From: Phoronis australis
Taxonomy: Eukaryota; Animalia; Phoronida
Assembly: GCA_002633005.1 (NCBI GenBank)
Contig: NMRA01000023.1
Coordinates: 1,279,081-1,343,080, forward strand
Length of the DNA: 64,000 nucleotides
Direction of reading: 5' to 3'
The stretch's first letter is position 1. Every line of letters starts with the position of its first letter. The notes under the pieces are model-generated. The model worked only from the letters and a program-made list of their open reading frames with translations. It was not told the DNA's origin and made no database searches. This document shows positions 14,021-42,708 of this stretch, in pieces. The translations under genes were made by a program, and so were the position numbers.

Positions 14021-14430
14021 ACGTCAATGGACTCTTCACCCTTTCTTCACTCTGTCAAAAACTGCATGCAAATAAAGAAAAGTTTTGAGTCATTTCACAT
14101 CACAAGCCCCACAGATGAGCACAGAAACTATGTACTCTCTTGTATTTTTGACCCTTTCACTCCCAGTGGAAACCAAGCTGAACTGATGAACTTAGGCTAT
14201 GACCAAAATCGCCCAACTACAACACTGCATTCTGGCAATTTTGTGTTTTTCATCTCCCGGCGGGTTCTTTTGAGTTTGCTTTTCAGTATAGGAGTGAAAA
14301 GGTCAAAAATACTGGACAGAATAAAGTGTCTGTGCTCATCTTTAGGGCTTGTGTTGTAAAGCCTACGACTTTTCATTCTTTGCATAGAATTTTCGTCAGA
14401 ATGAAGAAAAGGTGACAAGTCCATTGATGT
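14021..14430. mobile_element. Fold-back MITE (imperfect palindrome of about 410 bp)
   Basis: The left arm acgtcaatggactcttcaccctttcttcactctg... is the reverse complement of the right arm ...cagaatgaagaaaaggtgacaagtccattgatgt; a partial copy lies at 35785-35990. Confidence 0.75.
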
Positions 14431-14448
14431 CATGTGTTAATTCTCATT

Positions 14449-14662
14449 ACGGTATTTTCCCGTTGCTCCCAACTTGTTTGATTCTGTAGCCCCAACAACA
14501 AGTTGGGAAGTATACTCCTGTAGCCAACATCAAGTTACACGACTGATTAACTCCATTCTGGCATTTAGGGTTGGAGGGCCAGCTCTCTTTTGTTCGATAA
14601 TAGCTCTAATCTCCAATAAGATCCTATCTACCCTGACTGGGCTGTGCTGTTAAAAATAAAAG
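14449..14662 (+). repeat. Internal segment shared with Kolobok element K1
   Basis: Matches 28572-28780 (gctcccaacttg...caacaacaagttgggaag...gggccagctctctttt). Confidence 0.7.
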
Positions 14663-15254
14663 TTAAGTTATAACATATTTGAACATGAACCAATAGCAAT
14701 TCTGAAATCTTTGACATTGTAATTTTTGAATTGCCAAAATCGCCCAACTGCAACCGAAGTTATGTCAATCTATTCTTTCCAAGTACACCAGACACTCTGA
14801 GTTTGACTGTGTTCACAGGTGGTCTGTAATAAGCCTAGTAGATAATATTGGCCTGCTTCTTGTCATAACAGACAAAATAGTGTGCTTGGCAGTTAACAAA
14901 GAAGCTAGATGTTATCACATGCTCAGAACCCCCTACGTCTGTTAAAGTCACTGAACGGGAAAACGCTGTCTGTGATTGGCAAAACCCAATGAGAATTGTT
15001 CTGTATATACACCCTAAGGTATATGCAATGTAGCCTCTAGGCACAAATGGGAGGCAGTACACAATAGATTTATAAAACCATTAATCACTGTTTAATCATT
15101 GACAATTTGGTGGTGGTGAGTTTTGTTTTGAGGTTTTTTATATCACCGACTATTCAGTGTATTTAATAAAAGTTAACAATCAAACATTACACACATTTCC
15201 AAATGATGTTTTCCTTTGGAATCATTAAAAACTCCCTGTTTTGGTTTCAACATG

Positions 15255-15400
15255 CCAAGAATTGTACGATGACACTTGGCTTACCTCCGTCAAAATCCAA
15301 CTGCTGCCTGATGGTTTGGTAATTGGTCCAATTATGTTGCACAGCAGAATTAATGAGGAACATAATATGGCAACATCATTCAACAATTTTAGGTTGTAAA
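15255..15400. repeat. Dispersed repeat family D, copy 1
   Basis: caagaattg..gatgacacttggcttacct...ttaatgaggaacat is shared with 57078-57225. Confidence 0.65.
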
Positions 15401-16436
15401 AGTCACATTAAAATACTGCTGTCATCCCTAGTGTAGTTATGATGGGTCTGATTATCTAGGGAACAATGACATCAGCAGCCTTAGGCGAAAACTACAACAA
15501 CAAAGTGTCTTTGATCAATGCGGCAGATTTTGAGGTATATGCAAACTGGTCGAGATGCCTAATCTGAACCAGTGAGGGCGTCAAGGTAGGGTACTTTTCA
15601 TTTAGACAAAATCCAGATATCAGATCCTTTTGCTCTTTTGTTTAGCATCATGACTTTCAGGTCTTATTTACCATAAACATGTTTGTCATCCAGGGCTCGT
15701 CCTGAATTTGTCATGGAGAGCAATTTTTATTTTTATGGTGTCACATGACATGGGAATAGTATTTACAGACCATACTACACCAAGACTAGGCTAGGTGAGG
15801 TGCTTCTGTCCCTTAGAACATCAAAAGGAATTCTGGCTACTGCAAGCTACTCCCCAGCCAAGCAGCAAGTCAACCTATTCATAAAGACATGCCCGAGTTA
15901 ATTAAGCGTGTAAATATTTGTTAGAAATTAAAGTGCAACTGTAATCATTTCCAGGAGATTAGGTTTATTGCATTGGAAACAAAAAGAGTAATGGAAATAT
16001 GCTGTCTACATGTAACCATGCAGAGGCCAGTGGGCTGTAATTTGTAACCACAACTTAGTCCTGCAGATCCTCACTACAAATTCGTCATCCACTGAAAGAC
16101 TATCATAGCCTTAATATCATATGCCATATGCTTGGACATTAGCCTTGTTGCAAATGAACACTTTGATGAAGCATCATCTAAAGTAATTCACCCTATCATG
16201 TTCTTTCGTAGTGTTTTGTCAATCAACAAGATTAAATGACTGGCAGTACAGACAACATTACTAGCACTCTGCCTCTCAGCACCTTATGGTGATTATAGAT
16301 GAATTTCTGTACTCTGAGCGAATATTTCAATTTCTTGCAAATACTTTTTACTGATGCTTCAGACTTTTTTGAAATGTTTTTTTAAATCTGCATGGCACAC
16401 AGACAAAGACGATAAACATGTTTATTTTTTGCCTGG

Positions 16437-16552
16437 CAGTGGTCTTTGGTGCTACCTGTCAGTGGCCTTTGGTGCTACCTTCCAATGGCCTTTTAGTGTT
16501 ACCTGTCATTGGCCTTTGGTGCTACCTGCCAGTGGCCTTTGGTGCTACCTGT
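16437..16552. repeat. Minisatellite, 23-bp unit CAGTGGCCTTTGGTGCTACCTGT x5
   Basis: Tandem units read directly. Confidence 0.85.
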
Positions 16553-16670
16553 CACTTACTGGCAATTAACTAACACTGGATCATTGACTTCTTGGGCATG
16601 TGCTTGAAGTAATACTAATGCTCTCGATGTACAGCGAGGCATGATGGCAAAAGCCTTTGCATATGGTAGG

Positions 16671-16842
16671 CAAACTGGTCACTCTTGTCCTGCTATTTCA
16701 TACCCAAACTGGTCACTCTTGTGCTGCTATTTTATATCCAAACTGGTCACTCTTGTCCTGCTACTTGATCCTAACTGGTCACTCTTGTCCTGCTATTTTA
16801 TATCCGAACTGGTCACTCTTGTCCTGCTATTTCATATCCAAA
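16671..16842. repeat. Minisatellite, about 34-bp unit AAACTGGTCACTCTTGTCCTGCTATTTYATAYCC x5
   Basis: Tandem units read directly. Confidence 0.85.
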
Positions 16843-16980
16843 CGAAAGTGCTTTAGGTTTCCAAGGGATTTAGTAAAACTACAAATGATGCATACTTTTT
16901 TCTCAAGTAATATTAAAATTGTTGAATACTAATGATGGTATGTCTACTTTCTCACACATTTTGTTTTTGCAGTGCTAGAG

Positions 16981-31474
<14,494 letters not shown>

Positions 31475-33353
31475 ATGGGCGAGAAGTGCTGAGACTGATC
31501 GTATCAGAAGGAAAGCAAGTTCGTGACTATCACATTCTTGATTTTTTAGTCTCAAGCCAAATTAAGGTTCATTTAGTAGCATTGATGTATCTTTTTATCT
31601 TGTCAATGATTGGTCGTAAGAGTATGTAATTATACAATAATCATGTTAAAAGGTTTATCCAAAGTTTTGTTGCGGTGACAGTGATGAGATAATCCATTAA
31701 TTAAGTGACAGTATTCTGTAACGTTACATGAGGTTACCTCTAAAGATTATAGTTTTTATCTTAATATCTCATTTGGAGATTCTTAAGCAGCACAATCAAC
31801 GTTTTTATGTGCTCTGAATCTTGGTCACCTCTTGTTGCAGTTTTCCTTGTCTACATGTTCATTTAATTGCCACATCCCAAATTCAGCTCTCCTCTTTTGC
31901 GAAGGTAGAAAACGCATTGACTTAGTCAAACTGTGGGGTCACTAACACAGTCTGCAGTGAGTAGGGCATCGCGTCCAACTGGACTTTTCAATTTTGTATG
32001 TCAGCATTGTAACATTTTGTGGAATAGGGAACCTTAATTGGTACAAAAAGTCTCCATGGCAAAGCAGTATTGACATAAAATGGCTATTAGCACAGCAGCC
32101 GTAGCAGTGACCTGCTGATGTACAGCATTGTGGGTAAGTGATGTAGAATCAGAAACGGAGTTGTGATACACTTTATGGACTGGTTCTTGGAAAATTATGA
32201 TTAGATAGATCATGTTTATTTGTCCTATAATTTTAATCAGAAACAAAATAAATTCATTCCATGCTGCAAATTCTTTGGCTATTATTTTCTAGTACAGACA
32301 TGTAAACTTTGAGGCATATGTGTGTATCAGCTGGCACACAAGTAAGTCAATAACTGTACTCTACCAGGACTATCGGGCATGGGGCAGAGTTCAACATTTC
32401 TTCCTGGTCAGATTATTTCGACATGTAACCACATGCAGCATTTCGGTTGAAAAGTCATGGCATTATCTTGTAATGTCATGCTTCAAAAGCAATGCTAAGC
32501 GACAATTTCTGATTTTGTTAGTTTGGTTTCATTTCTTCTACTTTCCTAAGTTGTCTGTTTGCTAACTGGGCCTTGATTTCCAGGACATGTTTGCAAGAGC
32601 TTTGGTTGGCCCATTCGTGAACATGACTGTCTCGCCATCCAGTGACTGGCAGAAAGTACTGTAGCAGAGCCTTGATCTGATAAGTTTAAAGTTATTGTCA
32701 CTGTACTGGCATTATAGGGCCGGTCGCAATTTTGAGAGAGTGTTTGTCAATTTTGATTTTCACCTGGCAATATGGGCGCTTGGTCACATGCAACTACATG
32801 ACCACGACCTTGACTTTCTAGTACTCCGTGGGGTTTGTGTATTTTTGTATTTTACATGCAAACTGGGTCGACTATATGTTCCGTTCCTTCATAAAGACCG
32901 CCTTGAACTGCACCTCGATCATATACAAGCTACTGTATTGCTCCTTCTAAAATCTCTTGGTCTGTTTACACCAATTTATAGCTTATTTGCATTAGCACGA
33001 CATTACTCCGCTGGTCTTCAGGTGTTGAAGAGGCCAATACTATTACTACGTCACCATCTCAAAGAGGTTTTAGGATGTGGTTCACTGAATTACTACCATC
33101 CTGGATGTTATGTAACCCAAGTTCCACTTGACCAGGGTTTCACAGCTATACTTGTGTGGTCCTCCAGTTTTGGGCAATGTGGCTTAGTGGTAAACCGGTG
33201 CCGATGACGAACTCTACTCAACCAAAAGGTGGACGTGTTTCAGTCAATTCAGTTTTAATTTGTTTAGAAAATTAGGGTGTGGAATTATTCTCTGCACCGG
33301 CTTTGTCGCCATCCTTGTTCGTAGTTTTAAATTTTCAATTCGAATGACTTTAA

Positions 33354-34013
33354 AAGAGGTCTGCAACGCAAAAACAGACTATATTGCAATATTCAAAGCG
33401 GCGGCTTCCTGCCTCTGAAACGGAATTGAATCTGCTCATCAGGTATTTTTACGGTTTGAAGATTTTGAATTTCTGTTGATGTTAAAGAATTATTCTTTTA
33501 TATTCAAATTTCCAAAAAACGATCTGTATTATTAAAATATATTCTTCATTATGATTATTCTACTTATTTAAACAACGTAGGTGTGACTTGTTTTGTGTTT
33601 TCTGATGACAAAATAAAGTATCAATCTATCTATCTTCTAAAATGCACTTGACATTAATTTTGGAAAATTGCTTGCTTCATTCTATTGGCTTGCCAAATAC
33701 AGTGCTGTTGACCTCGGATTCGGAGTGCGATCACATATGATAATCTGCTGTTGTACATCTTGTCATTCAGCTGTTCTGATGACTGAGCGCATGCGCGCAT
33801 TTATCATACGTGGGAAGGCGATGAGAAACTGTGATGACTACAAGGTTTTCCTTGGCGCGTATTTCAAAAATCGTGAATTTTGTGATTTTTTCCTGGAAAT
33901 TCCCTCACAGGGGAAAGCGAATAACTCTGTACTAGACGTTGCGAGGTGGTACTTTTGTCAATCAGGGATTAATTGAAAGATATTTTTGACGGACTTTTGC
34001 GTTCCATGCCTCT
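33354..34013. mobile_element. Kolobok-type non-autonomous element K2, copy 1 (about 660 bp)
   Basis: TTAA|(A)AGAGGTCTGCAAC ... GTTCCATGCCTCT|TTAA; homologous to 59691-59728 plus 61206-61784. Confidence 0.7.
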
Positions 34014-35784
34014 TTAACATACGACGCCTTGATACTGTCAAACTTACCCGAAACCGTTGATGTGATTACGGAACTAACTGATGAAGGCTTATATCGGGAA
34101 CACTGTCCATTTTTGTCGCAAGTCATAGGACTTGTCATTAGCTGCAGTTGAAATACGTTGGACAATGACTTTGAGTAAAAGTAGTGGAGGCCATTTTGGG
34201 GTAAAAAGTACGCTTTCGTCCTTTTGGTTCATGGGACGTCAGCCATCAAATGGGTGGATCAAATCTCGTTGAGGAAACATTTTGCTGGATAATTGCTTTA
34301 GTTAGAAACACGCTGTGTTGTTTTAAACAATTTTTTGGAATTCTGAGGTAGTTTTGGTTCTGAGCAGCCTCACAAACCCGTGCTGCCATTTTGGTGCTCT
34401 CGTAACATGTAATGGTTAAAGAACGTTATTGGTTTTTACGGCCAAAAAACAAATTTTTAGGGTTATTGGTGGATTGGAGAGTTGTTGAAGTTCTCAGCTT
34501 TGATCAGAGCCACAAAACAAAACAATCCCTTGTGTTTTTGTGGGTTCATTACCCTGAAGTCGACAATTCTCGACGCTGTCTTGTCAGACATTCGCTGAAA
34601 TCAATGTTGAAAACTACCCTGCCACTGGGTGCAGTTTAGGGGACACAGTACAGTTCTCATTAGGCTGTGCCCTGCCACTGTGTGCAGTTTAGGGGGCACA
34701 GAACAGTTCTCATTAAAAGTGGAGAATTTCTCGCTTACAATGGTCACCGCTCAGATTCCCTTAGCCCCTGACAAGTTTTACGATGCCTATTCAGCAAGCT
34801 CTTTCTTTGATGAAGATCTGAGCTAATGAAGTGCAAAGGTAGCATTACTGTCTCAACAATGGTTGTTGTTAGTGCCCCAATTTGGTTTTCTCTGATATTT
34901 GCAGATTTATAGCCTGCAACTCTGGAGAGTAGTTTTAACTTGGTACATTATAAATATTACAAAATGACTAAAAAGGTTATTTCGTGTTTATCTTCATAAA
35001 GGGCCACTTCCCAAAGGGACGATATATGTCATATTGGTTTTCGTTACTTAATTTTTAATGCTCTTCCCACTTGTTATTTTTTTCGTACCGGGAACGGCTT
35101 GATAACTTTTTATCTAAGTTTTAAGCTTGAAGTACCAAAACAGTGGTAGAGTTTGATCGCCAGCGAAACTTAATTAGTTATTAATAATTTCATTGTGAGC
35201 CCATCCCTGAACTTTCCACTACATTAAAGGTACACTAAACATTCCGCGTGTAATTAAAGTTTAAATCTTTATTAGAACTCAAATCATAAAATATATACAA
35301 AAGTGCAAATATGGTGATAACGAAACTGAAGATTTGGAATCTCTGGACAATTTCGGTGGCTGATTATATAACTATTCTAGCTTTTTGTCAGTAATAATAA
35401 ATGAAAAATGGGCACAAGTTAAGTACAACTGTTTCCTGGTCAAAAATCTGGTTAAACGAGATTGAAAGGATATTAAAAAATCAATCCATGTGATGTTGTT
35501 AACTCTGATCAGCGTTTGTATATCCACCGAGTATATCAATACGCGCGGTGTAGTTTATCTTCAATCATACCCAATGGTTGTAGTTTTTAGATTATTAGTT
35601 CATCGACTTTTAAAAATCGAAAACCGTACTTGGTTGTTTTTTCCAAATGAATACCGCCGTGGTGTTCATTTTTAACAAAAATTAGTGGTTAATGCATTTT
35701 GAAAAGTTGCCATTATGTACAGTCTGACTGAGACTTCCTTGTAAGCGTATTATTCTGGTATGTAGGCGGTGCCTATGACAACAG

Positions 35785-35990
35785 ACATCAATGCACTTGT
35801 CACTTTTCTTCACTTTGTCTCGGTATGCCGGACAAAGAATGAGGTATTTTGAGTCATTTCACATCAAAAGCTGTACAAATGAGCAAAGAAACTTTATTGT
35901 GTCCTATGTGTTTTTGGTCCTTTCACTCCTACTAAAAAGCAAGGTAGGCTAAGAAAAAAGTGGACACAACGCACGAAATTGGCACTTTTC
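35785..35990. repeat. Half copy of the 14021-14430 fold-back MITE
   Basis: Shares acatcaatgcacttgtcacttttcttcact...gagtcatttcacatca. Confidence 0.6.
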
Positions 35991-36289
35991 ACTCCAAAAC
36001 CACCACTTCGCTGCCAACACACGACATAAGACACCGTTATTAGTACCAGCAGGTTCACAAAATACAAGCAAACCACATTCACTGGGCATCTTACAGTGAG
36101 TCTAGAAAAACACTAATGTCATTGCATACATGTACAAGCGTGGTGGTGCCGTCTGTTCACTGCACACTTTGCGATAAATTAATTGAAATTAAACCGTATT
36201 ACAAATACCAAGATGTTACATTCTCCTGTCCTCTCAATTGGAGTCAATCCTGCAAAATTCTTGCAGTACACAGGCTCGAAAAAAATTAA

Positions 36290-36522
36290 ATTTGATAAAG
36301 GCCTCTTTGACATGTCTAAATTACACTGCGCTTCACCGTCAGTCATTTTTAAGCTGTTTGCTAGTATGAATCTACCAATGCTAAGCCATGCTGCAGAGAT
36401 CTGGGGGAGGGGGTGTCTCAATAGTCATGGAAAGTGTTCTTAACCATTTCTACAAGAATGCCTTGCGACTAAACAAAAAGAAGTCAAATGCCATGGCTAG
36501 GGGCGAATGTGGTAGATATATG
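36290..36522 (+). mobile_element. LINE ORF2 fragment (RTEX-like, post-RT region)
   Basis: KLFASMNLPMLSHAAEIWG / MESVLNHFYKNALRLNKKKSNAMARGECGRY resembles the KLF..PIL.Y..EIWG...F.K..L.......N....GE.GRY motif. Confidence 0.6.
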
Positions 36523-36524
36523 TT

Positions 36525-37200
36525 GTGATTGGCAGCCATCTATTTCGAGAGACAATGGATATTCGCCCTCTGTCGATCACTGGTTGGATTGCAGCGTTTC
36601 CTGTGGCTAAAAAGTCCGATTCTGGAGCGGCAAGTTCTTTTGCATTTGTCACAGATGTATACTTGGTCTTGATCAGGAGCAGATGCTGCCCTCTGACGAC
36701 TGTGTTCTTTAAGTAGTACCTGTTTTTTCTTCTCGTCTTTGCTCACTGGTTTTAATGTACGACTTGACAGTCGACCTCAACGACTTGCTGAGATCGGAGG
36801 CCACAGCTTCCCAGGCTACGACCTTGGTGTTTCCCGTCTTCAGATCACGCTTGCAAACATCTTAATAACGAAACGTGGGCCTTCCTGCAGGTCTGGTTCC
36901 AGTGACAAGCTCTCCATAAAGTATGTCCTTTGGCATTCTCCCAGCGCCTATGCGCCTCGCGTGGCCAACCCAGCGGAGGCGCATCTGGCTAGGCCTAATC
37001 ATCTTTGCGTACATAGACAGTCCCACCTGGGTTAGAACTTTGTTGTTGGAGACATGATCCTGCCATTTTATGCCGAGTATCCGGTCTTCCCAGGCACCGC
37101 ATATGAAAAGGGTTGAGTCCTGTGCTCTTGACGGGTGTATAGGGACCATTATTCGCTGCTGTATAGGAGAGTGCTGATGATTCGAGGCTGGTAGACCACA
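36525..37200 (-). mobile_element. 5'-truncated RTE-clade (BovB/RTE-1-like) LINE, 3' end
   Basis: LNPFHMRCL / RILGIKWQDHVSNNKVL...RLRWVGHARRI..GRMPKDILYGEL..GTRPAGRPTFRY, then the C-terminal zinc finger YICDKCKRTCRSRIGLFSHRKRC and a short 3' UTR (atccattgtctctcga). Confidence 0.85.
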
Positions 37201-38679
37201 ACGTTTTGAGTAAAAAATGGTAGCTGACTGATTGAGTGATCGACTTCCGATCGAAAGCCCAAACATCACCATTTGCATGAATTAGCTCAGAGCGGATGTT
37301 ACGACTCATAATACACTGTAAGACAATTACTGACTTTCGCATTCAGTCATTATGTTATGTTTGATTATCAGACCCAAAATGCGAGAATGACCTCGGCAAA
37401 AGTCGTCTTGGGGTGTAAATAACTTTGTGTAATGACACTGATGCCGACATAAAAACTCTCAACGTAAACGAAATGCAAATAGGTGCTACTTGAATTCGTT
37501 TTCTGCCGTCGAGTATCGCAGAAGGATTTAATGCTTCAGCACAAAACTTGCTGAGATTTGGTAAGCCAGCTGAGTATTTTTAAGTTATTGATTTTCGAAA
37601 TGTTTTTGTTGGTATAGTCGTAGCGTGATGAGTTTACATGTCGGCCAAGAATCCCCAACAAATGGCCAAGCTATGCTGCCGCATGTAATATTGACCGTTG
37701 AGCAAACTGAAAACAAAAGCTTGCGTCTAATGCAGTGAAGTTCTATAAATTGAATAAGTTCCCCAACTGTCCCATATTTCCAGTCTCCCGCGGTACCAAT
37801 TCACGGGGAAACTTTCATTTGAGTAGTCGCAATTGGTTTGTGATTCAATTGAAGCTACTTCCCGGAGACTGTAGAAATGTTAATTTGACTATAAGGCCCC
37901 CGCTGACGTAGAGCTATGCGCCTCGAATGCAAAAGAACTTTGATCGTGGCTCATGAATGCCTCATTTATTGGATATCTTTTACCTGGCGTACCCGGCCAC
38001 GTTGAGTACTTTGACGATTACCTTCTTTAGCCAATGAAAATTAACTATTGCCTGACCTGACACAAAAACCTCTCTCACTGGCTCGTGTATACTATATTTT
38101 CGATGATTATTACGAGCGTCGTCGAGCGTTTTGCCTCGCTGTGTGCCGGTAACCCCCATCGAGCTGTGGGCCTGATGTGAAGTTTATCTCACTGAATAGT
38201 TACTTGCACGTACATTGTGGCTTGACAAATACTCACCGGCCTGTAAACTAGGTTTGTGGTAATCGACGTAGTGACCAACAGTTGCAATAAGCCATTGAGA
38301 AAGATTTTTGTGAGCTGGTGCACCGCTTGCATTTTTTACCAAAACTCCGTATTTCAGACAAAAATCTCCCGAGAGCGCTACGTATAGGCCTAGTTTCTTG
38401 CTAGCAAAGTAAGCTTTCTCAAGTCTAAACTTCGCGAGTGTCGCGAGTATGCGTGGGATTAGGTGACACTCATTATTGTTTCAGTGAGCCGCGGATGAAT
38501 ACAGTGTATACAGGTCCCAATTTTCTAAGCATTGTAAATGTTGTGCTGCATGCGAAGGCCGCGGGTGACATTTCTGACTCCTTGGCCATTTTGGTGGATC
38601 ATCCACCAAAATGATGGTTTTCTTAAACCTTTATTGCTTGAAAGTGGAAAGCTGAAACTTGTTCACTTGGACAAAATCT

Positions 38680-38787
38680 GGCTGGTCGACGTACATGTAT
38701 ATACTAGTCTCTGTAATCTGGCTGTTCGACATGCTAGTTTCTGTAATCTGGCTGGTCGACATACTAGTTTCTATAATCTGGGTGGTT
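38680..38787. repeat. Minisatellite, 30-bp unit GGCTGGTCGACATACTAGTTTCTGTAATCT, about 3 copies
   Basis: Tandem units read directly. Confidence 0.75.
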
Positions 38788-41700
38788 AGTTTGACTTCAC
38801 TCAGTTCGTAATAATCGCATGTGAATGCTGATTTAGAGGTAAAAACTGTTGATTTGGTGTATTTTTGTTCGCTTTTAAGTACCTGTCTGCACTCTCATAA
38901 GCAGTAGTCCTAAATGATGGAAAAGTTGCCGGACTTAATTTGGAATCAATTTCAATACCAGTTTTTGAATTAATTAAGTCTTTGGCCCTGTATACTGTTC
39001 ATATTTTTAGGTTTTGGGCCCGTCCATGTGAAACACGCTTTGAAGCTTCCAAGGCGTGTGTTGGCAAGTCCAAAAACAACGAAAACGGTTGAGTGCCACC
39101 TCACTTTTGGCGGCTCAAAAATGGAGTGTTTTGTCGACCAGACTCGAGTGTTGAATTGTGAATTCATTGTCCTCGTGTAAACAATCTCAAACTAATGTCT
39201 TGTGATCTACTGAACTAACGGCTGATCAGATGGTGCCATTTTTAGTTCATGAGTTTTGAAAATTACGTGAGCATCTCGACACTACGATACCTTTCTTAGG
39301 GAACCTGCCGAGTGCTCTCTATGAACTGGGACAGTTCAATGGAACTCAAGAGATTTGCGTACGACACGGGGTCAACTAAGAAAAACGCACAAGGACATTT
39401 CATATGTGGAATTTTAAGCGGCATTATTAAACTGCAGATTTGTATAAGTTGGGACTGTAAACATTTTTAGGGTCCCGTGAATAAAACGGAGGGTGATAAT
39501 ATTGGTTTGTTTCGTAATAACTGTTCTGGTGAAACATTCCAATTTTTTCAAGAACTTATTTGACAAAACTGTCCAGCAAAGCCCACACAAGTGATAACTT
39601 CCGGCACCAATGCGTCCTATAGCAGAGGTAGCGTGTGTCTCTTCCAAGGGTGACTTTTTCAGCAACTGTTCCCTACAAAAGGGCTCATTGAGAGTTCGAT
39701 AACTTAGTTTCCTTTTTGAAGTACTTACAAACCTACAACAGGGGTTTTATTTTTATCCACATTTTTAACAATTTGCAAATTATGTGCTCATTTTTAGCCA
39801 CATGCCATCTTTTCTTGTACGGCTTCAGGTTGATTAAATGGTTTATGCAAGTACTTCAACGGAAGGGCTACAATTTCGTTGGAATCAGTTCTCACGAATG
39901 GGCCTCTTTTTCGAATCCACTCTCTAAATTGGTGGTTATGCGGCTACATGTCCAGCTGCGCCTCGTTAAAATAATCGAGACCCCCCCAAGGCGATGTAAA
40001 TTAAAACTTGAAGGACGTGCCGTAATTTGTTTGTCATCATTGCGAATTCTGTTTAAATATGGACATAGAAACCAGAGACATACAAATGGATTTTGGTTTA
40101 GTGCAAAAGCTTTTTTCTGTGAAGTGTGAAGAAGAATGCCAAGCCTAATGTAATAGCAAAAATGTTATGACTGATGGAAAAATGTATGAAAGTGTAGTAA
40201 TTGGCTTTAATTTACATTGCAAAATGCATGAATTTGTCCAATTAACTGACGTACCTTTTTGATTCTTGCTTTATTCACGCTCGGCATAATGTTCATAATG
40301 CCCACGGTGCTATATTTTCAAAGGCTTGTGGTCTATTGAGAATCAGCTTATTATTGTAATTTAGAGTGAATGCTTACTGTACCATAGTCCTAACGACTCT
40401 GAATTTTTCAATAATAACGCTGTATGTGTTCTGTTTGTTTTGAAGCCCAGTTTACCAAATCAATATTCTGTGGTTTACCACTGGCTGCTACACAACTGTG
40501 ACTGTGAATTACTGTAACTCTCCCAACGATCACAACTTCATTAACTAATTGATTAATTACTCGCAAGAAATGTGGCCATTCGCTATTGTCCGGGGACTCC
40601 AGTCTGTTCGCGCATTGTGTTGTGATAGGGTCAATTCGATTTATCTTGTATAAATAAGTAAACCAATTATGAACTTGTCCTAGCACAATAATTTGGACAA
40701 AAGCTTAGGATCAGCGTTTTGTTTTCTTTAGTAGAGCCACTGTCCACATAACATTAATAAATACCGTGGAACGACTTCACGGAACTTCGGTGTACGGAAG
40801 CCTTTCGAGGACATCGATTCTTCATTATTACTCGTTTATTTTTGATATTTTAAGTTTTCAATTACCTCTAACAAGTAGCTTGCTTGAAGAATCAAAAGCC
40901 AATGTAAAAATTCAAGAGTTTCAAGTCGCCACTCTATTTTGTTGTAGGCCTACCCTTTGCCCGAAGTTTTGCACACGGGACCCGGGCGTACTGCATGCAG
41001 CAATTGTGTGAGATGAGCGTTTTCAGCCGTGTTAAGACTGCGTGAATACCGCTACCCTGTTCGCCTTTTGAGAACACCCTTGACAAATTCTGAACGTGCA
41101 CTCATTCCTGGCCTTTTATGAACACGTTTTTAAATGCTATTGACGCAGTAAGTGTTTTGAGTTTGCAGCAATGTGGACTCGCTGGTTCCCTGCGTGCCGC
41201 TAGGTGGTCAGTAGCCAGCACACAGGTATCACTTAATTTTCCTAGGGAAATTTTTGTACACCGGCGTTTCTGATTGGTTAGTCGAATTCTCAACAGGCAG
41301 CGCTTTACGCAAACAAACTGGCATGACTGATGGACTGAAGTGTAAATGTGGTCCGTTGTACAGACAAATCGGTGCTTAAAGTGTATGTTCAGGAAATGTG
41401 AATCCTAGAAATTGTGATTACGCCTTTTCGGAATGCATGTTTCTACTCTCGATGTCTTTTGTTTACGATACTGTCAATTTACTCAAAACGAAGCGGTTAT
41501 TAGTACTTATGATATGCCTAATTTACATTTGTAAATATTAGGGTCGCAGGGCACTTTTCACGGCCGTGTAATGCGAGCGCAACTTACCACAGCAGTCATG
41601 ATGTAAACAAGTACACTTGTTCCTTGTAGGCCTACAAATGGTCCTTACGAGTGTAAAATTCAAAAGTTAACACGAGAGCGGGATTTACGAGCTTACGTCA

Positions 41701-42708
41701 CAAGCATAAACTACGAGCGTAAAGTTACATATGACGTGGGAACGAAATTTTACGGACGACGACACTATTAGAATTCAGTCACTCACCGTCCACCGTACAG
41801 TTACAACAATCACCATGATGACCGGCGACAGTTTCACATCAACGTCAACCAGAGATACTCGACTAGGTTGACTAGGCTAATTTCGACGGCGTTTGGTCAT
41901 ACACCTGGTCGTACTTCTTAGTGATCACTGTTCAAAGTAGTTCTACCGGCAAACTCATGTACTTTTCACCCTAGTGCCAGTGTAACTGGCAAATGTTGAC
42001 TTCCCGTTGTTCTAACCATTCTTCTGTCAAAATTTAGGCGATCACTTTTACATCTTGTTACGTGAAACGTACAGCTTATTCGAAGAAAAATGTGAACAAC
42101 GATAGAAGCAATGGTACGTGTTGTGGGGCGTAGACGCACGTAGACACGGGTAGACGCACGTAGACTCACGTAGATAGATAGATAGATAGTAAGCAACTCA
42201 TAATACAAATAGTCATGCATCTTCACAAGTCGTTCCTACTACTGTAACTAAGCGCAGCTTCAGGTGACATGAGTGGACTTGTAGTTGTCGCACATAAACA
42301 ACTACAGTGATTATATTAGACTATATGTATAATGTGATTATATTAGACGATATGTATAATAGGATTACTTTCAGATATCAAAACATAAAAGGAAGCAAGG
42401 AGACTTTCAAAAATCACGAACGCTACCTATAACTAAGTATTGGTTTCAGCAATTTATCTTACTACAAAAGCCGAATTAACGATCTGTTTCTAGTATCAGC
42501 AAAACGATTATATATCTATGCAAACTGTGTACATGTACAAGGGACACATATCTAAGTACTACAATATAAACTACCGGTGCAGTAACAGGAGAAACTAAAA
42601 ATAAGGTCACCTTAAGAATTAACGTAACAGGTTTGGCACATTAATGGACCCCATTAGAAAAGGGACGAATACGGCGCTATAGACGCAAGTAGACGCATTA
42701 TACCACCT

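Noticed and set aside
32695-33207. 170-aa ORF
   Set aside because: Non-ATG start, no recognisable domain and no convincing splice context.
33280-33560. Possible CR1-type ORF2 terminus
   Set aside because: Most of the region aligns with the left end of Kolobok element K2 instead; only a short aataaa-(ctat)n tail near 33610-33635 may be retro-derived.
34045-34165. THAP-like remnant (LRQKW...KPSS.SSVI) on the minus strand
   Set aside because: The conserved Cys/His ligands are missing; probably chance.
39414-40130. Protein-like minus-strand stretch (…FREWIRKRGPFVRTD…)
   Set aside because: Multiple stops and no family that I can name.
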